Under the pieces are notes generated by a model. It was not told the origin of the DNA. It made no database searches and was given only the letters and a program-made list of their open reading frames with translations. Source: Gemmatimonadota bacterium (GTDB lineage Bacteria; Gemmatimonadota; Gemmatimonadetes; JACCXV01; JAHWKZ01). Taken from it: a stretch of 64,000 bases of DNA. The position numbers and the translations under genes were made by a program. This document shows, in pieces, positions 41,309 through 51,398 of this stretch (position 1 is its first letter; each line of letters opens with the position of its first letter). The stretch is from positions 2,821-66,820 of the forward strand of contig JBOHRQ010000003.1 in the NCBI GenBank assembly GCA_050732875.1, in the 5' to 3' direction.

Positions 41309-44083
41309 CTACGCCTTGAGCAGCTTGCCCGGGGCCACGTCGATCCCCTCCATCGCATTGCGGGTGTCGACGATGCAGCGCGCCCACTCGGCCAGCTCCC
41401 GATAGTCGACCGCCGCGTGCCGGGTCGAGATCACCACCACGTCGAAGGCGGAGATCGTCTGCCGGTCCCAGTCCACCGAGCGGGTTCCCGCCCAGTCGGA
41501 GTGCTCGCGGCTCGGCTGGATGACCGGCACGTGGGGATCGTGGTAGGCGACCTCCGCGCCGCGCTCCCGCAGGCGGTCCATGAGGTGGTAGCTGGGTGAC
41601 TCCCGGTCATCGGAGACGTCGGGCTTGTAGGCCAGGCCGAGAATCAGGACCCGGCTCCCGTTGACGGCCCGGCTCCGCGCGTTGAGCGCCTCGATCACGC
41701 GGGCCACGACGTGCTCCGGCATGCCGGTGTTGATCTCCCCGGCGAGCTCGATGAAGCGGGTGCTCTTGCCGTGCTCGCGGGCCTTCCAGGAGAGGTAGTA
41801 GGGATCGATGGGAATGCAGTTGTGGGAGACGAGTCCGTAGGAGGTCACATAGGTCTCCGTCCCGGGTACCTCGATCGAATACACCCAGCCGCCCTCGCGC
41901 TTGCGCACGCTGCCCGCCCCTACCGACGCGAACCCCGAGTGCCGGCGGGTCTTTCGGGTGGGCGTCGAGACGACCTTGCGATCCAGATAGGTATCCAGCT
42001 TCGCGCCCTTCGCTCCCGCGAGCAGGGGTCGGATCCGCCGCAGCTGCTCTCTGCCGTACAGCCGCATCTCGCGTGAATTCCGCTTGATGGTCGGCGTCAG
42101 CTCCAGACTGTGCATCAGCAGCAGAACCTGCTGAAAGAGCTTCGGACTGGACGTGAAGTAGCTGACTTCAGCGGTATCGAGCCGATGATCATAGGTTCGG
42201 CCACCTTTCCGGTAGACTCGTCGACCCTGGGTCGCGTAGACGCTCCCGTCGCCGTTCAGCAACGCCCCCAGAAGGTTGAGCCGCACCTCTTCGCTGGCAC
42301 CCAACATGATGGCCGGCACGCTCATCTCCTCCGACCGGACTCCGCAGCCGAGCACGTCCTTGAGAAAGATGCCGAACAGGTTGGAGGAAACCTTAATCTG
42401 AACCGCCCGCCAGCGCTTGACGCGATGCATTGACCAGCGCAGGCCCATCCGCGTCAGGATCCCCGTCAGGTCGTCGATCAGCTCACATTCATGGGATCCG
42501 AAGACCCACCGCGTACGCCAGGACCGGTCGCGAGACAGGCACCCCTCACTGAGGTAGTAGCCGATCAGGCGGGCGAACTCGGGATCCAGCGCGATGATGC
42601 AGGGGACGCGGGCCTGGGCCGCCCCGTTGCCGGTGGTCAGGAACAGGTCCTCGCGGCGGAAGGCCACCATCCCGCTGCTCTCGAGCTCCAGAAACGCGGA
42701 CAGGGGGAGGGTGTTCGAGCGCCGGAGGTCCTTACCCTCGAGTCCCGCCCGGCGCGCCACCGTCCGGATGGACGGCCACGAGTCGATCCAGGCCCCTGTC
42801 CGGGGCTTCACCCGGACCTTCGAGCCGGATGCGAGATCGAGGGCGTCGATGAGATCGATCGATCGCAGCGACCCGGACTCGGGCAGGCCCAGCGCCAGGA
42901 TGGGTCGGGCATCCTCGATCGAATCGGCCCGCCGGACATGGAGCTCGCCCCGCTGGCGCACGATCAAGGGGTGCCCGTCCGTCACCGTCAGCGTCCGGCC
43001 CTCCGACGTGCGCAGGGTGACGCGGTCGCCGCACCACCTTCGAAATACGTGCGTTGCTCTGCGGAAGCAGACCTCGCTTCTGTCGAGATCGAAGGAGAGA
43101 ACCTCCATCTCCCGGAGCGCCCGCACCTCTACCTCTCCGATCCTCCGCAGCCTGGCCCCGTCCCCGGCGAGCTCCTTCATGCGGACCGCGTCGATGCCGC
43201 CGTCACGGCGGACGAAGACGAACTCCTCGCCGTCCTGACAGTGCCCGCCCCAGCCAGGGCCGGGATCGAAGCGCATGAATCCGAACGGTTTGGTGTCCGC
43301 GGCCGCCAGGACTTCCCAGATGTCGACCCCCATCCGCTCGTAGATCAGCTTGAGCTCGTTGACGAGCGCGATGTTGACGGCGCGGAAGACGTTCTCGGTG
43401 AGCTTGGTGGCTTCGGCGACCCGGGCCGAGGAGACCCGGACCGTGGAAGGGACGATCCAACGGTAGAGGGCCTCCGCGAGATCGCCCGAGACGGGATCGA
43501 CACCGCCGACCACCTTGGGGACCGTCGTCGTGGTGTGCTGCGCATCCCCCGGGTTCTCGCGTTCGGGCGAAAAAGCCAGGAAGAAGTCGTGGCCGCAGCG
43601 GAGGCCGCCCGACTCGAGCCGCGGCCGGAGGAGCTCCTCCGCGGTACCCGGATACGTGGTCGACTCGAGCACTACGAGCTGTCCCGCTCGGAGCCGGCCG
43701 CGGACCTGATCGGTCGTCTGCTCGATGTATTGCATGTCCGGCTCGCGATGGGCCGTCAGCGGGGTGGGAACGCAGATCAGGATAGCGTCCGGCTCGGACA
43801 GGCGCTCGAAGTCCCCGGTCGCCACCAGCCGGCCGGCCTCGACGACCGCCCGCACGCGCCCTCCATCCAGATGCGCGATGTAGCTCTCGCCACGTGAAAG
43901 GGCCTCGACCTTGGCCGGATCGACATCGAAGCCCAGAACGTCGAAGCCCCGCTCGGCGAAGGCGAGCGAAAGCGGCAGGCCTACGTAGCCCATCCCGACG
44001 ACGCCCACCCGTGTGGCCCCCGAGTCGATCCTCTCCCGGAGAGCCTGCGCGGCGGCGGAGGTGGCGCGCTCTTCGACCGTCAC
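41309..44083 (-). CDS. UDP-N-acetyl-D-glucosamine/mannosamine 6-dehydrogenase (WbpA/WecC-like), interrupted by an intein.
   Basis: The N-extein carries VGVVGMGYVGLPL and GFMRFDPGPGWGGH, and the C-extein begins CIPIDPYYL. Together the exteins make 451 aa of contiguous nucleotide-sugar dehydrogenase. The GTG start overlaps the stop of the upstream epimerase as GTGA. Confidence 0.85.
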   Translation of the reverse strand: MTVEERATSAAAQALRERIDSGATRVGVVGMGYVGLPLSLAFAERGFDVLGFDVDPAKVEALSRGESYIAHLDGGRVRAVVEAGRLVATGDFERLSEPDAILICVPTPLTAHREPDMQYIEQTTDQVRGRLRAGQLVVLESTTYPGTAEELLRPRLESGGLRCGHDFFLAFSPERENPGDAQHTTTTVPKVVGGVDPVSGDLAEALYRWIVPSTVRVSSARVAEATKLTENVFRAVNIALVNELKLIYERMGVDIWEVLAAADTKPFGFMRFDPGPGWGGHCQDGEEFVFVRRDGGIDAVRMKELAGDGARLRRIGEVEVRALREMEVLSFDLDRSEVCFRRATHVFRRWCGDRVTLRTSEGRTLTVTDGHPLIVRQRGELHVRRADSIEDARPILALGLPESGSLRSIDLIDALDLASGSKVRVKPRTGAWIDSWPSIRTVARRAGLEGKDLRRSNTLPLSAFLELESSGMVAFRREDLFLTTGNGAAQARVPCIIALDPEFARLIGYYLSEGCLSRDRSWRTRWVFGSHECELIDDLTGILTRMGLRWSMHRVKRWRAVQIKVSSNLFGIFLKDVLGCGVRSEEMSVPAIMLGASEEVRLNLLGALLNGDGSVYATQGRRVYRKGGRTYDHRLDTAEVSYFTSSPKLFQQVLLLMHSLELTPTIKRNSREMRLYGREQLRRIRPLLAGAKGAKLDTYLDRKVVSTPTRKTRRHSGFASVGAGSVRKREGGWVYSIEVPGTETYVTSYGLVSHNCIPIDPYYLSWKAREHGKSTRFIELAGEINTGMPEHVVARVIEALNARSRAVNGSRVLILGLAYKPDVSDDRESPSYHLMDRLRERGAEVAYHDPHVPVIQPSREHSDWAGTRSVDWDRQTISAFDVVVISTRHAAVDYRELAEWARCIVDTRNAMEGIDVAPGKLLKA
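41819..43240 (-). mobile_element. Intein of 474 aa with a LAGLIDADG-type homing endonuclease domain, inserted at the catalytic Cys of the dehydrogenase.
   Basis: It begins with Cys (CQDGEEFVFV), has block B TDGH, and carries two LAGLIDADG motifs (LIGYYLSEGC and LLGALLNGDGSVY). It ends ...YGLVSHN, followed by the +1 Cys of the CIPID active site. Confidence 0.85.
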
Positions 44084-45063
44084 TCGGCCCCGGCCGACGC
44101 GACCTCGCGGTACCAGCGGACGAACGCCTCGAGACCCTCGTCGAGGCCGGTCCCGGGGTCGTACCCGAGCAGCCTTCGGGCACTCTCGATGTCGGCACAG
44201 GTCCGCTCGACGTCCCCCACCGGAAGCGGAAGACGCTCGATCCGCGCCTGGCGGCCGGTGGTCCGGGAGAGCGCCTCGATCAGATCGTTCAATCGCACCG
44301 GGACCGCTTCCCCCAGGTTGACGACCTCGAAGCCCTCCTCGCTCCGGACCCACCCCACGGACGCCACGACGCCGGCGACGATGTCCGAGAAGTACGTGTA
44401 GTCCCGTTCGCTCGTGCCGTCGCCGTAGACCTGGATCGGCAGCCCGTCCTCCATGAGACGCACGAAGCGGTGGATCGCCATGTCGGGACGCTGGCGAGGC
44501 CCGTAGACGGTGAAGAACCGCAGCGACATGACCGTGAAGCCATGCGCCGAGTGATACACGTGGCAGAGCTCCTCGCCGGCCTTCTTCGTCATCGCGTAGG
44601 GAGAGATGGGCCGATCGACGCGATCGGTTTCCCGGAGGGGCACGTCGGGCCTGTTGCCGTACACCGACGACGAGGAGCCGAACACCAGCCGGTGGCAGCC
44701 CGCTTCGCGCATCGCCTCCATGAGGATCACCGTGCCTTCGAGGTTGGTGCTCACGTATCCACAGGGGTCCTCCAGGGACGGTCGGACGCCGGCGCGCGCG
44801 CCGAGGTGGACGACGGCATCGTACGTCCCATCCGCGAAGAGTCCCGCGACGTCGGTCGGTTCCCGGAGATCCCCCTCCACCAGTCGGAACCGCTCGCTCT
44901 CTCGCAGGGCGGCGAGATTTCGTTCCTTGATTCTCCGGGGGTAGAATGGATCGAAGTTGTCGAAGGCCACCACTTCGTGGCCTTGCTCCACGAGCGACTC
45001 GCAGAGGTGGGACCCGATGAAGCCGGCCCCCCCGGTGACCAGGATCCGCCCTGTGCCGGTCAT
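44080..45063 (-). CDS. NAD-dependent epimerase/dehydratase, resembling UDP-glucuronate 4-epimerase.
   Basis: It has ILVTGGAGFIGSHL and the catalytic YAMTK. Its stop overlaps the start of the dehydrogenase. Confidence 0.8.
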   Translation of the reverse strand: MTGTGRILVTGGAGFIGSHLCESLVEQGHEVVAFDNFDPFYPRRIKERNLAALRESERFRLVEGDLREPTDVAGLFADGTYDAVVHLGARAGVRPSLEDPCGYVSTNLEGTVILMEAMREAGCHRLVFGSSSSVYGNRPDVPLRETDRVDRPISPYAMTKKAGEELCHVYHSAHGFTVMSLRFFTVYGPRQRPDMAIHRFVRLMEDGLPIQVYGDGTSERDYTYFSDIVAGVVASVGWVRSEEGFEVVNLGEAVPVRLNDLIEALSRTTGRQARIERLPLPVGDVERTCADIESARRLLGYDPGTGLDEGLEAFVRWYREVASAGAE

Positions 45064-45078
45064 CCCGCGCACGGCCAT

Positions 45079-47334
45079 TCAGGCGGATCCCCGGCGGGCC
45101 GCCTCGAGCTGCTCCAGCTCCTCGGCGGTGATCAGGACTTCGCGCGGCCTGGTCCCGTCCGGAGGTCCGACCACGTGCGCTCGCTCGAGCTGGTCCAGAA
45201 TCCGGGCGGCCCGCGAGTAGCCGACTTTGAGCCGGCGCTGGAGCAGGCTCGTCGACCCCTGATCGTGCTCCATGACCACGCGCGCGGCCGCGAGGAAGAG
45301 CTCGTCCCGTTCGTCCAGCGCCGCCATCTCCAGCTCCGACACCTCGGCGATGATGTCCACCGGCGGGGCCACCTCCGACGCATTGAGCACCTCGCCCGCC
45401 GCGCGCAGGTAGTCGACTACGCGCACGGTCTCGGCGGTCGAGACATACGCCCCCTGGATCCGCAGCGGCTCCGCCCGATCAGCGGGCATGAAGAGCATGT
45501 CGCCGTTGCCCAGCAGCTGCTCGGCGCCGTTCATGTCGAGGACGGTGCGGCTATCGATCTTCGAGGACACTTGAAACGAGACCCGCGACGGGAAGTTGGC
45601 CTTGATCACGCCGGTGATCACGTTGACCGAGGGCCGCTGCGTGGCAAGCACGAGGTGGATCCCGACGGCCCGGGCCATCTGGGCGAGCCGGGCGAGCGGC
45701 TCCTCGATCTCGTTCTGCACGGTCAGCATGAGGTCGGCCAGCTCGTCGATCAGGACGACGATGAAGGGCAGCGGGCGCGGATCCTCCTCGTCGAGCCAAT
45801 CCAGGTCGCTCCCGGCCCGGTGACGAGCGTTGAAGTCCTCCAGGCTCCGCACGCCGTTGGCCGCCAGAAGCCGGTAGCGCCGCTCCATCTCCGCGACCGT
45901 CCATTTCAGCGCCTTGGCCGCGTGCTTGTGCTCGACCACCACCGGGTGCAGGAGGTGCGGGATGCCATTGTAGGCGATGAGCTCGAGCATCTTCGGATCG
46001 ATCATGATGAGGCGCACGGCCTCGGGGCCGTACCGATAGATCAGGCTCGTCACGAGCGCGTTGATGCAGACGGACTTGCCGGAGCCCGTAGCGCCCGCGA
46101 TCAGCAGATGCGGCATCCTTGCCAGATCGGTCACGATCGGCGCGCCGGCGATCTCGCGCCCGAGCGCGAGCGGGAGCTTGCCGCGGAATCCATTCCACTC
46201 TGCGGCCTCCAGAATCTCGCGGATGGTGACCGTGTGCGGGCGGGTGTTGGGGATCTCGATGCCGACCGCTCCCTTGCCCGGGATCGGGGCCACGATGCGG
46301 ATGCGCTGGGCGCGCATGGCGAGCGCCAGGTCGTCGGCGAGGTTGGCGATCTGGTTCACCTTGACGCCAGGCGCGGGCTTGACCTCGAACTGCGTGAGGA
46401 CGGGACCCGAATGGATCGCCACGATCTCCCCTTCGACATGGAACGAACGCAGCTTCTCGATCAGCACGCCGCCGAGCTGTTCGAGCTCCTCGCGGGTCTG
46501 CCGGCTCCCGGCGGGAGGGGCCGGATCGAGCAGATCGATGGGGGGGATGAATCCGTCGGGCTCGAAAGAAGGCTTCTCCCTCCGGGGGCCGGGTGACGGA
46601 GGGCGCGGCGCGCCTCGCTTCGCGGTCCCCGGGTCAGCCACGGGCGGCTCGGCCTGGGCCGCCGGAGGCGGGCCGCCGTTGACCGTCGCCGCCTCCGGCT
46701 CGGGCGGCGATTCGTCCGCCGCCACTCGACCGGCGCGCCATTCCTGGACCGAGGTGCCCAGCGCCCCCATCCCGTCGCGGGCGCGGCGACCACCGGCCCG
46801 ACCGAGATCCATGCTCGTCCGGACTCCCTCCGCCAGCGAGATCCGGAAGACCACCGCTGCCAGCACGGCGACGAGGACGACGCAGGCGATCAGGGCGCCG
46901 GCCACCCCGATGGCCTCCACGGCCAGACCGGCAAGGGTTTCGCCCAGCCGACCCGCCCGCGCGCCCCAGAGCCCGCCGGCACCGCTCCAGATCGCCACCA
47001 CGCCCATCAGGACCAGCAGCGTCACGCCGGCGACCGCGGCCGCCCCGGAGATCAGGCCCGCCTTGCGCGTGACCTGGTCCAGGAAGACGAGCCCTCCCCA
47101 GACGAGCAGCAGGACCGCCGCGAGGAGGGCCCCGTACCCGAGCGCGGCATACAGATGGTACGCGCTGATGGCCCCCACCACCCCCACCAGATTCAGGGTC
47201 GAAGGGAGCCGCGAGAGGGTCGGGTCGAACGGCCAGAGCGCGAGCAGCAGGAAGATGCCCGTGGCCGCCATGAGCAGCCCGAGGACCTCGTGCCTCAGGC
47301 GGAGATGATCGCGCTTCCTCTTGCGTGGCGGCAT
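45079..47334 (-). CDS. ftsK: DNA translocase FtsK/SpoIIIE
   Basis: N-terminal TM helices and a Pro/Ala-rich linker precede the motor domain (Walker A: GATGSGKS) and the C-terminal gamma winged-helix domain. Confidence 0.9.
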   Translation of the reverse strand: MPPRKRKRDHLRLRHEVLGLLMAATGIFLLLALWPFDPTLSRLPSTLNLVGVVGAISAYHLYAALGYGALLAAVLLLVWGGLVFLDQVTRKAGLISGAAAVAGVTLLVLMGVVAIWSGAGGLWGARAGRLGETLAGLAVEAIGVAGALIACVVLVAVLAAVVFRISLAEGVRTSMDLGRAGGRRARDGMGALGTSVQEWRAGRVAADESPPEPEAATVNGGPPPAAQAEPPVADPGTAKRGAPRPPSPGPRREKPSFEPDGFIPPIDLLDPAPPAGSRQTREELEQLGGVLIEKLRSFHVEGEIVAIHSGPVLTQFEVKPAPGVKVNQIANLADDLALAMRAQRIRIVAPIPGKGAVGIEIPNTRPHTVTIREILEAAEWNGFRGKLPLALGREIAGAPIVTDLARMPHLLIAGATGSGKSVCINALVTSLIYRYGPEAVRLIMIDPKMLELIAYNGIPHLLHPVVVEHKHAAKALKWTVAEMERRYRLLAANGVRSLEDFNARHRAGSDLDWLDEEDPRPLPFIVVLIDELADLMLTVQNEIEEPLARLAQMARAVGIHLVLATQRPSVNVITGVIKANFPSRVSFQVSSKIDSRTVLDMNGAEQLLGNGDMLFMPADRAEPLRIQGAYVSTAETVRVVDYLRAAGEVLNASEVAPPVDIIAEVSELEMAALDERDELFLAAARVVMEHDQGSTSLLQRRLKVGYSRAARILDQLERAHVVGPPDGTRPREVLITAEELEQLEAARRGSA

Positions 47335-47338
47335 GGCG

Positions 47339-48706
<1,368 letters not shown>

Positions 48707-48711
48707 AACGC

Positions 48712-49164
48712 TCAGGCCGTTTCGATCTCGAAGAGGGCCTGCCCGTACTCGACGGGCTGACCGTTCTCGACCAGAATCCTGCGGACGACTCCGCTGACCT
48801 CCGATTCGAGTTCGTTCATCAGCTTCATCGCCTCGAGGATGCAGAGGGTCTGCCCCGGCCGAACGGTGTCTCCCACCTCCACGAACGGAGGAGCCTCCGG
48901 AGCGGGCGCCCGGTAAAAGGTGCCAACCATCGGCGAAGCGACTGCCTGAGTGGGCCTGGAGGCGGCCGCCGGGGCTTCCGCCTCCTCGGACCGACCCCCT
49001 GCCACCGCGCTGGCCGAAGGGACCTCGCCCGTTCCCCCGGACGCCTTCGGATGGCGGCTGTTCTTGACGATGCGCACCGTCCTCCACCAGCGCCGGATCT
49101 CCAGCTCGTCGATCTCGCTCTCCTCGACGAGCTGGATCAGGGTCTTGAGCTCGTCCCGGTTCAC
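48712..49164 (-). CDS. accB: Biotin carboxyl carrier protein
   Basis: It has the C-terminal biotinyl domain with the EAMKLMNE motif. Confidence 0.9.
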   Translation of the reverse strand: MNRDELKTLIQLVEESEIDELEIRRWWRTVRIVKNSRHPKASGGTGEVPSASAVAGGRSEEAEAPAAASRPTQAVASPMVGTFYRAPAPEAPPFVEVGDTVRPGQTLCILEAMKLMNELESEVSGVVRRILVENGQPVEYGQALFEIETA

Positions 49165-49721
49165 GAAACCCGCTCGAGATAGGCGCGAGTGCGGGTGTCC
49201 ACGCGGATCGTCTCGCCCTTGTTCACGAACAACGGCACGTGCACGACGGCCCCCGTCTCGATGACGGCCGGCTTGGTTCCCCCGGTAGCCGTGTCCCCAC
49301 GCACACCCGGATCGGTCTCCATGATGCGCGCCTCGATGAAGTTGGGGAGCTCGACCCCGAGGACCGACCCGTCGTGGACGAGGACGTCGCAGATCGTCCC
49401 CTCCTTGAGAAACGCCTTCTGATCGGTCAGCAGGCGTTCGTCGACGGGGTGCTGCTCGTAGGTGTCCATGTCCATGAAATAGGCATGGTGCTCGTCCGCG
49501 TAGAGGAACTGCATCGAGCGGCGTTCCAGGCGCACCTCCTCGACGCGCTCTCCGGCGCGGAAGGTCCGCTCCACGACCTGGCCCGTCTCGACCTTCTTGA
49601 GCTTCGTGCGGACGAACGCGCCGCCTTTGCCTGGCTTGACGTGCTGGAAGTACACGACCTGCCAGAGGTCGCCGTCCATCCGCAGGACCATGCCGTTCCG
49701 AAAGTCTGCCGTCGTCGCCAT
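49161..49721 (-). CDS. efp: Elongation factor P
   Basis: It is full-length EF-P, including the KPGKG loop. Confidence 0.95.
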   Translation of the reverse strand: MATTADFRNGMVLRMDGDLWQVVYFQHVKPGKGGAFVRTKLKKVETGQVVERTFRAGERVEEVRLERRSMQFLYADEHHAYFMDMDTYEQHPVDERLLTDQKAFLKEGTICDVLVHDGSVLGVELPNFIEARIMETDPGVRGDTATGGTKPAVIETGAVVHVPLFVNKGETIRVDTRTRAYLERVS

Positions 49722-49748
49722 GGGGGTGCCGATGGGGTCCGGTGGAGG

Positions 49749-50831
49749 TTACAGGACGATGAGCTCGTCCGGCGCGGTGCGGGCCAGCGGGCGCGCGCTC
49801 GCGGCCGCTACGACGAAGTCGTCTTCGATTCGGACGCCGCCCAATCCTTCAATATAGATACCGGGTTCCAGCGTCACCACCGCGCCCACCGGAACGGGAC
49901 TGGCGTTCCCCTTCCACAGACGCGGATCTTCGTGGACTTCGAGCCCGATGCCGTGTCCCAGCGAATGGGTGAACGCCAGGCCATGGCCTGCCTCCTCGAT
50001 GAGGTCGCGGGCCAGAGCATCCGCGCGCCGGCCTTCTATGCCTCCGCACAGCCCGTCCATCGCGGCGTACCGGGCGCGGTCGACGACCCGATACGCGTCG
50101 CTCAGGCGAGGGTCCGGAGAACCGCAGGCCACGGTGCGGCTCACGTCGCTGCAGTAGCCGTCCACCACGGCGCCGAAATCGAACAGCGCGACCTCTCCGC
50201 GCGCGAGCGCTCGCCCGCCCGGCTCGGCGTGTGGAAGCGCGGCCCGCTCTCCGAACTGTACGATCGTGTCGAAGGGGAAGCGCTCGCTTCCCCGCTGCCG
50301 CAGCTCATGCTCCAGGCGACTGGCGAGGTGGAGCTCGGTCACGCCGGGTCGAATCTCCGGGAGGACGGCCTCGAACGCGTCCACGGCGATCCCGGCGGCA
50401 CGGGCGATCGCCTCGCGTTCGGGAATCGACTTCACGGTGCGGAGCCCCTCCACCCATCCCGAGACGCCCTCCAGCGGCGGTCCGCCCGCGGATTCCCACG
50501 CCTGGTACTGCGCGACCGACAGACGATCCTGCTCGAACACCACGACTCCCTCGTGGCCGGCCAGGTGCTCGCGCGTGGTCTCGAGGGGGCGCTCCGCGGC
50601 GATCGCGACCGCGACGTCCTCGCCGACCTCCACGCGCGCCTGCGATTCGTTCATCCGCACGATGAAGAGGGTGTCCGGTCCGTCGGCCGCCAGCAGGAGG
50701 GCGCCACCACCTTGAAAGCCGGTCAGGTAGCGGATGTTGGGAGGGTGGACGACGAGCAGGGCCGAGCCTCCGACATCGGCCAGCCGCTCACGCAGGCCGC
50801 CGCGGCGAGCCGCTAGCGGCTCGCCAGCCAC
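49749..50831 (-). CDS. Xaa-Pro aminopeptidase / M24-family peptidase
   Basis: The M24 metal-ligand motifs ([17 protein letters not shown]) are present and the gene is in the classic position upstream of efp. The start is uncertain. Confidence 0.75.
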   Translation of the reverse strand: MAGEPLAARRGGLRERLADVGGSALLVVHPPNIRYLTGFQGGGALLLAADGPDTLFIVRMNESQARVEVGEDVAVAIAAERPLETTREHLAGHEGVVVFEQDRLSVAQYQAWESAGGPPLEGVSGWVEGLRTVKSIPEREAIARAAGIAVDAFEAVLPEIRPGVTELHLASRLEHELRQRGSERFPFDTIVQFGERAALPHAEPGGRALARGEVALFDFGAVVDGYCSDVSRTVACGSPDPRLSDAYRVVDRARYAAMDGLCGGIEGRRADALARDLIEEAGHGLAFTHSLGHGIGLEVHEDPRLWKGNASPVPVGAVVTLEPGIYIEGLGGVRIEDDFVVAAASARPLARTAPDELIVL

Positions 50832-51187
50832 GCCTCGAAGACCTCGTCTCGTGCCTCTTCGTGGGGGGGGCCTGCGTGGCGGATCTCCTCGTCGCGCGCG
50901 CTGTCGCTCTCCATCTGCGCGGGGTCGCTCTCCATCTGCGCGGAAAGGTCGGAGCGCTCGACGACGAGGTCCGGCTCCGCCGCGGAAACCCGGCTGCGGT
51001 CCTGGATGGCCTGCGTCAGCGTTTCGATCCGCTCGGCGATGCGCGGATCGTCCGGCGAGCGCTGCGCGATCCGCTCGTAGATCGCCCGCGCGCGCTCGAG
51101 GAGACCCTGCTGGGCATAGATCTCGGCCAGGGTGGAGGTGGCCAGATCCTGCCCGCCCCGGTCGCGTTCGTCTTCCTGCACGATCAT
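50813..51187 (-). CDS. Hypothetical acidic protein of 124 aa with a TPR-like N-terminus.
   Basis: The ORF translation starts MIVQEDE... It contains a tandem 21-bp coding repeat (SDPAQME twice) and is divergent from ppiD. Confidence 0.4.
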   Translation of the reverse strand: MIVQEDERDRGGQDLATSTLAEIYAQQGLLERARAIYERIAQRSPDDPRIAERIETLTQAIQDRSRVSAAEPDLVVERSDLSAQMESDPAQMESDSARDEEIRHAGPPHEEARDEVFEAWLASR

Positions 51188-51398
51188 CGGCGCCAGTATA
51201 GAGACGGGCCCCCTCCCCGAGCAACGCCGTTTCTCGACGCAACACCGTTTCTCGACGCGATGGCACGGCGGAGCTATCTTCGACGCGTCAGTCCGGCAGC
51301 CTTCCCTATCCTTCGATCGACCGGCCCGTCGAAACGTTCCGCCCCGGCATCGCGAGGATCGAGGGCATCCCGAAACCGCTTCCAGGACCGCACGAACC

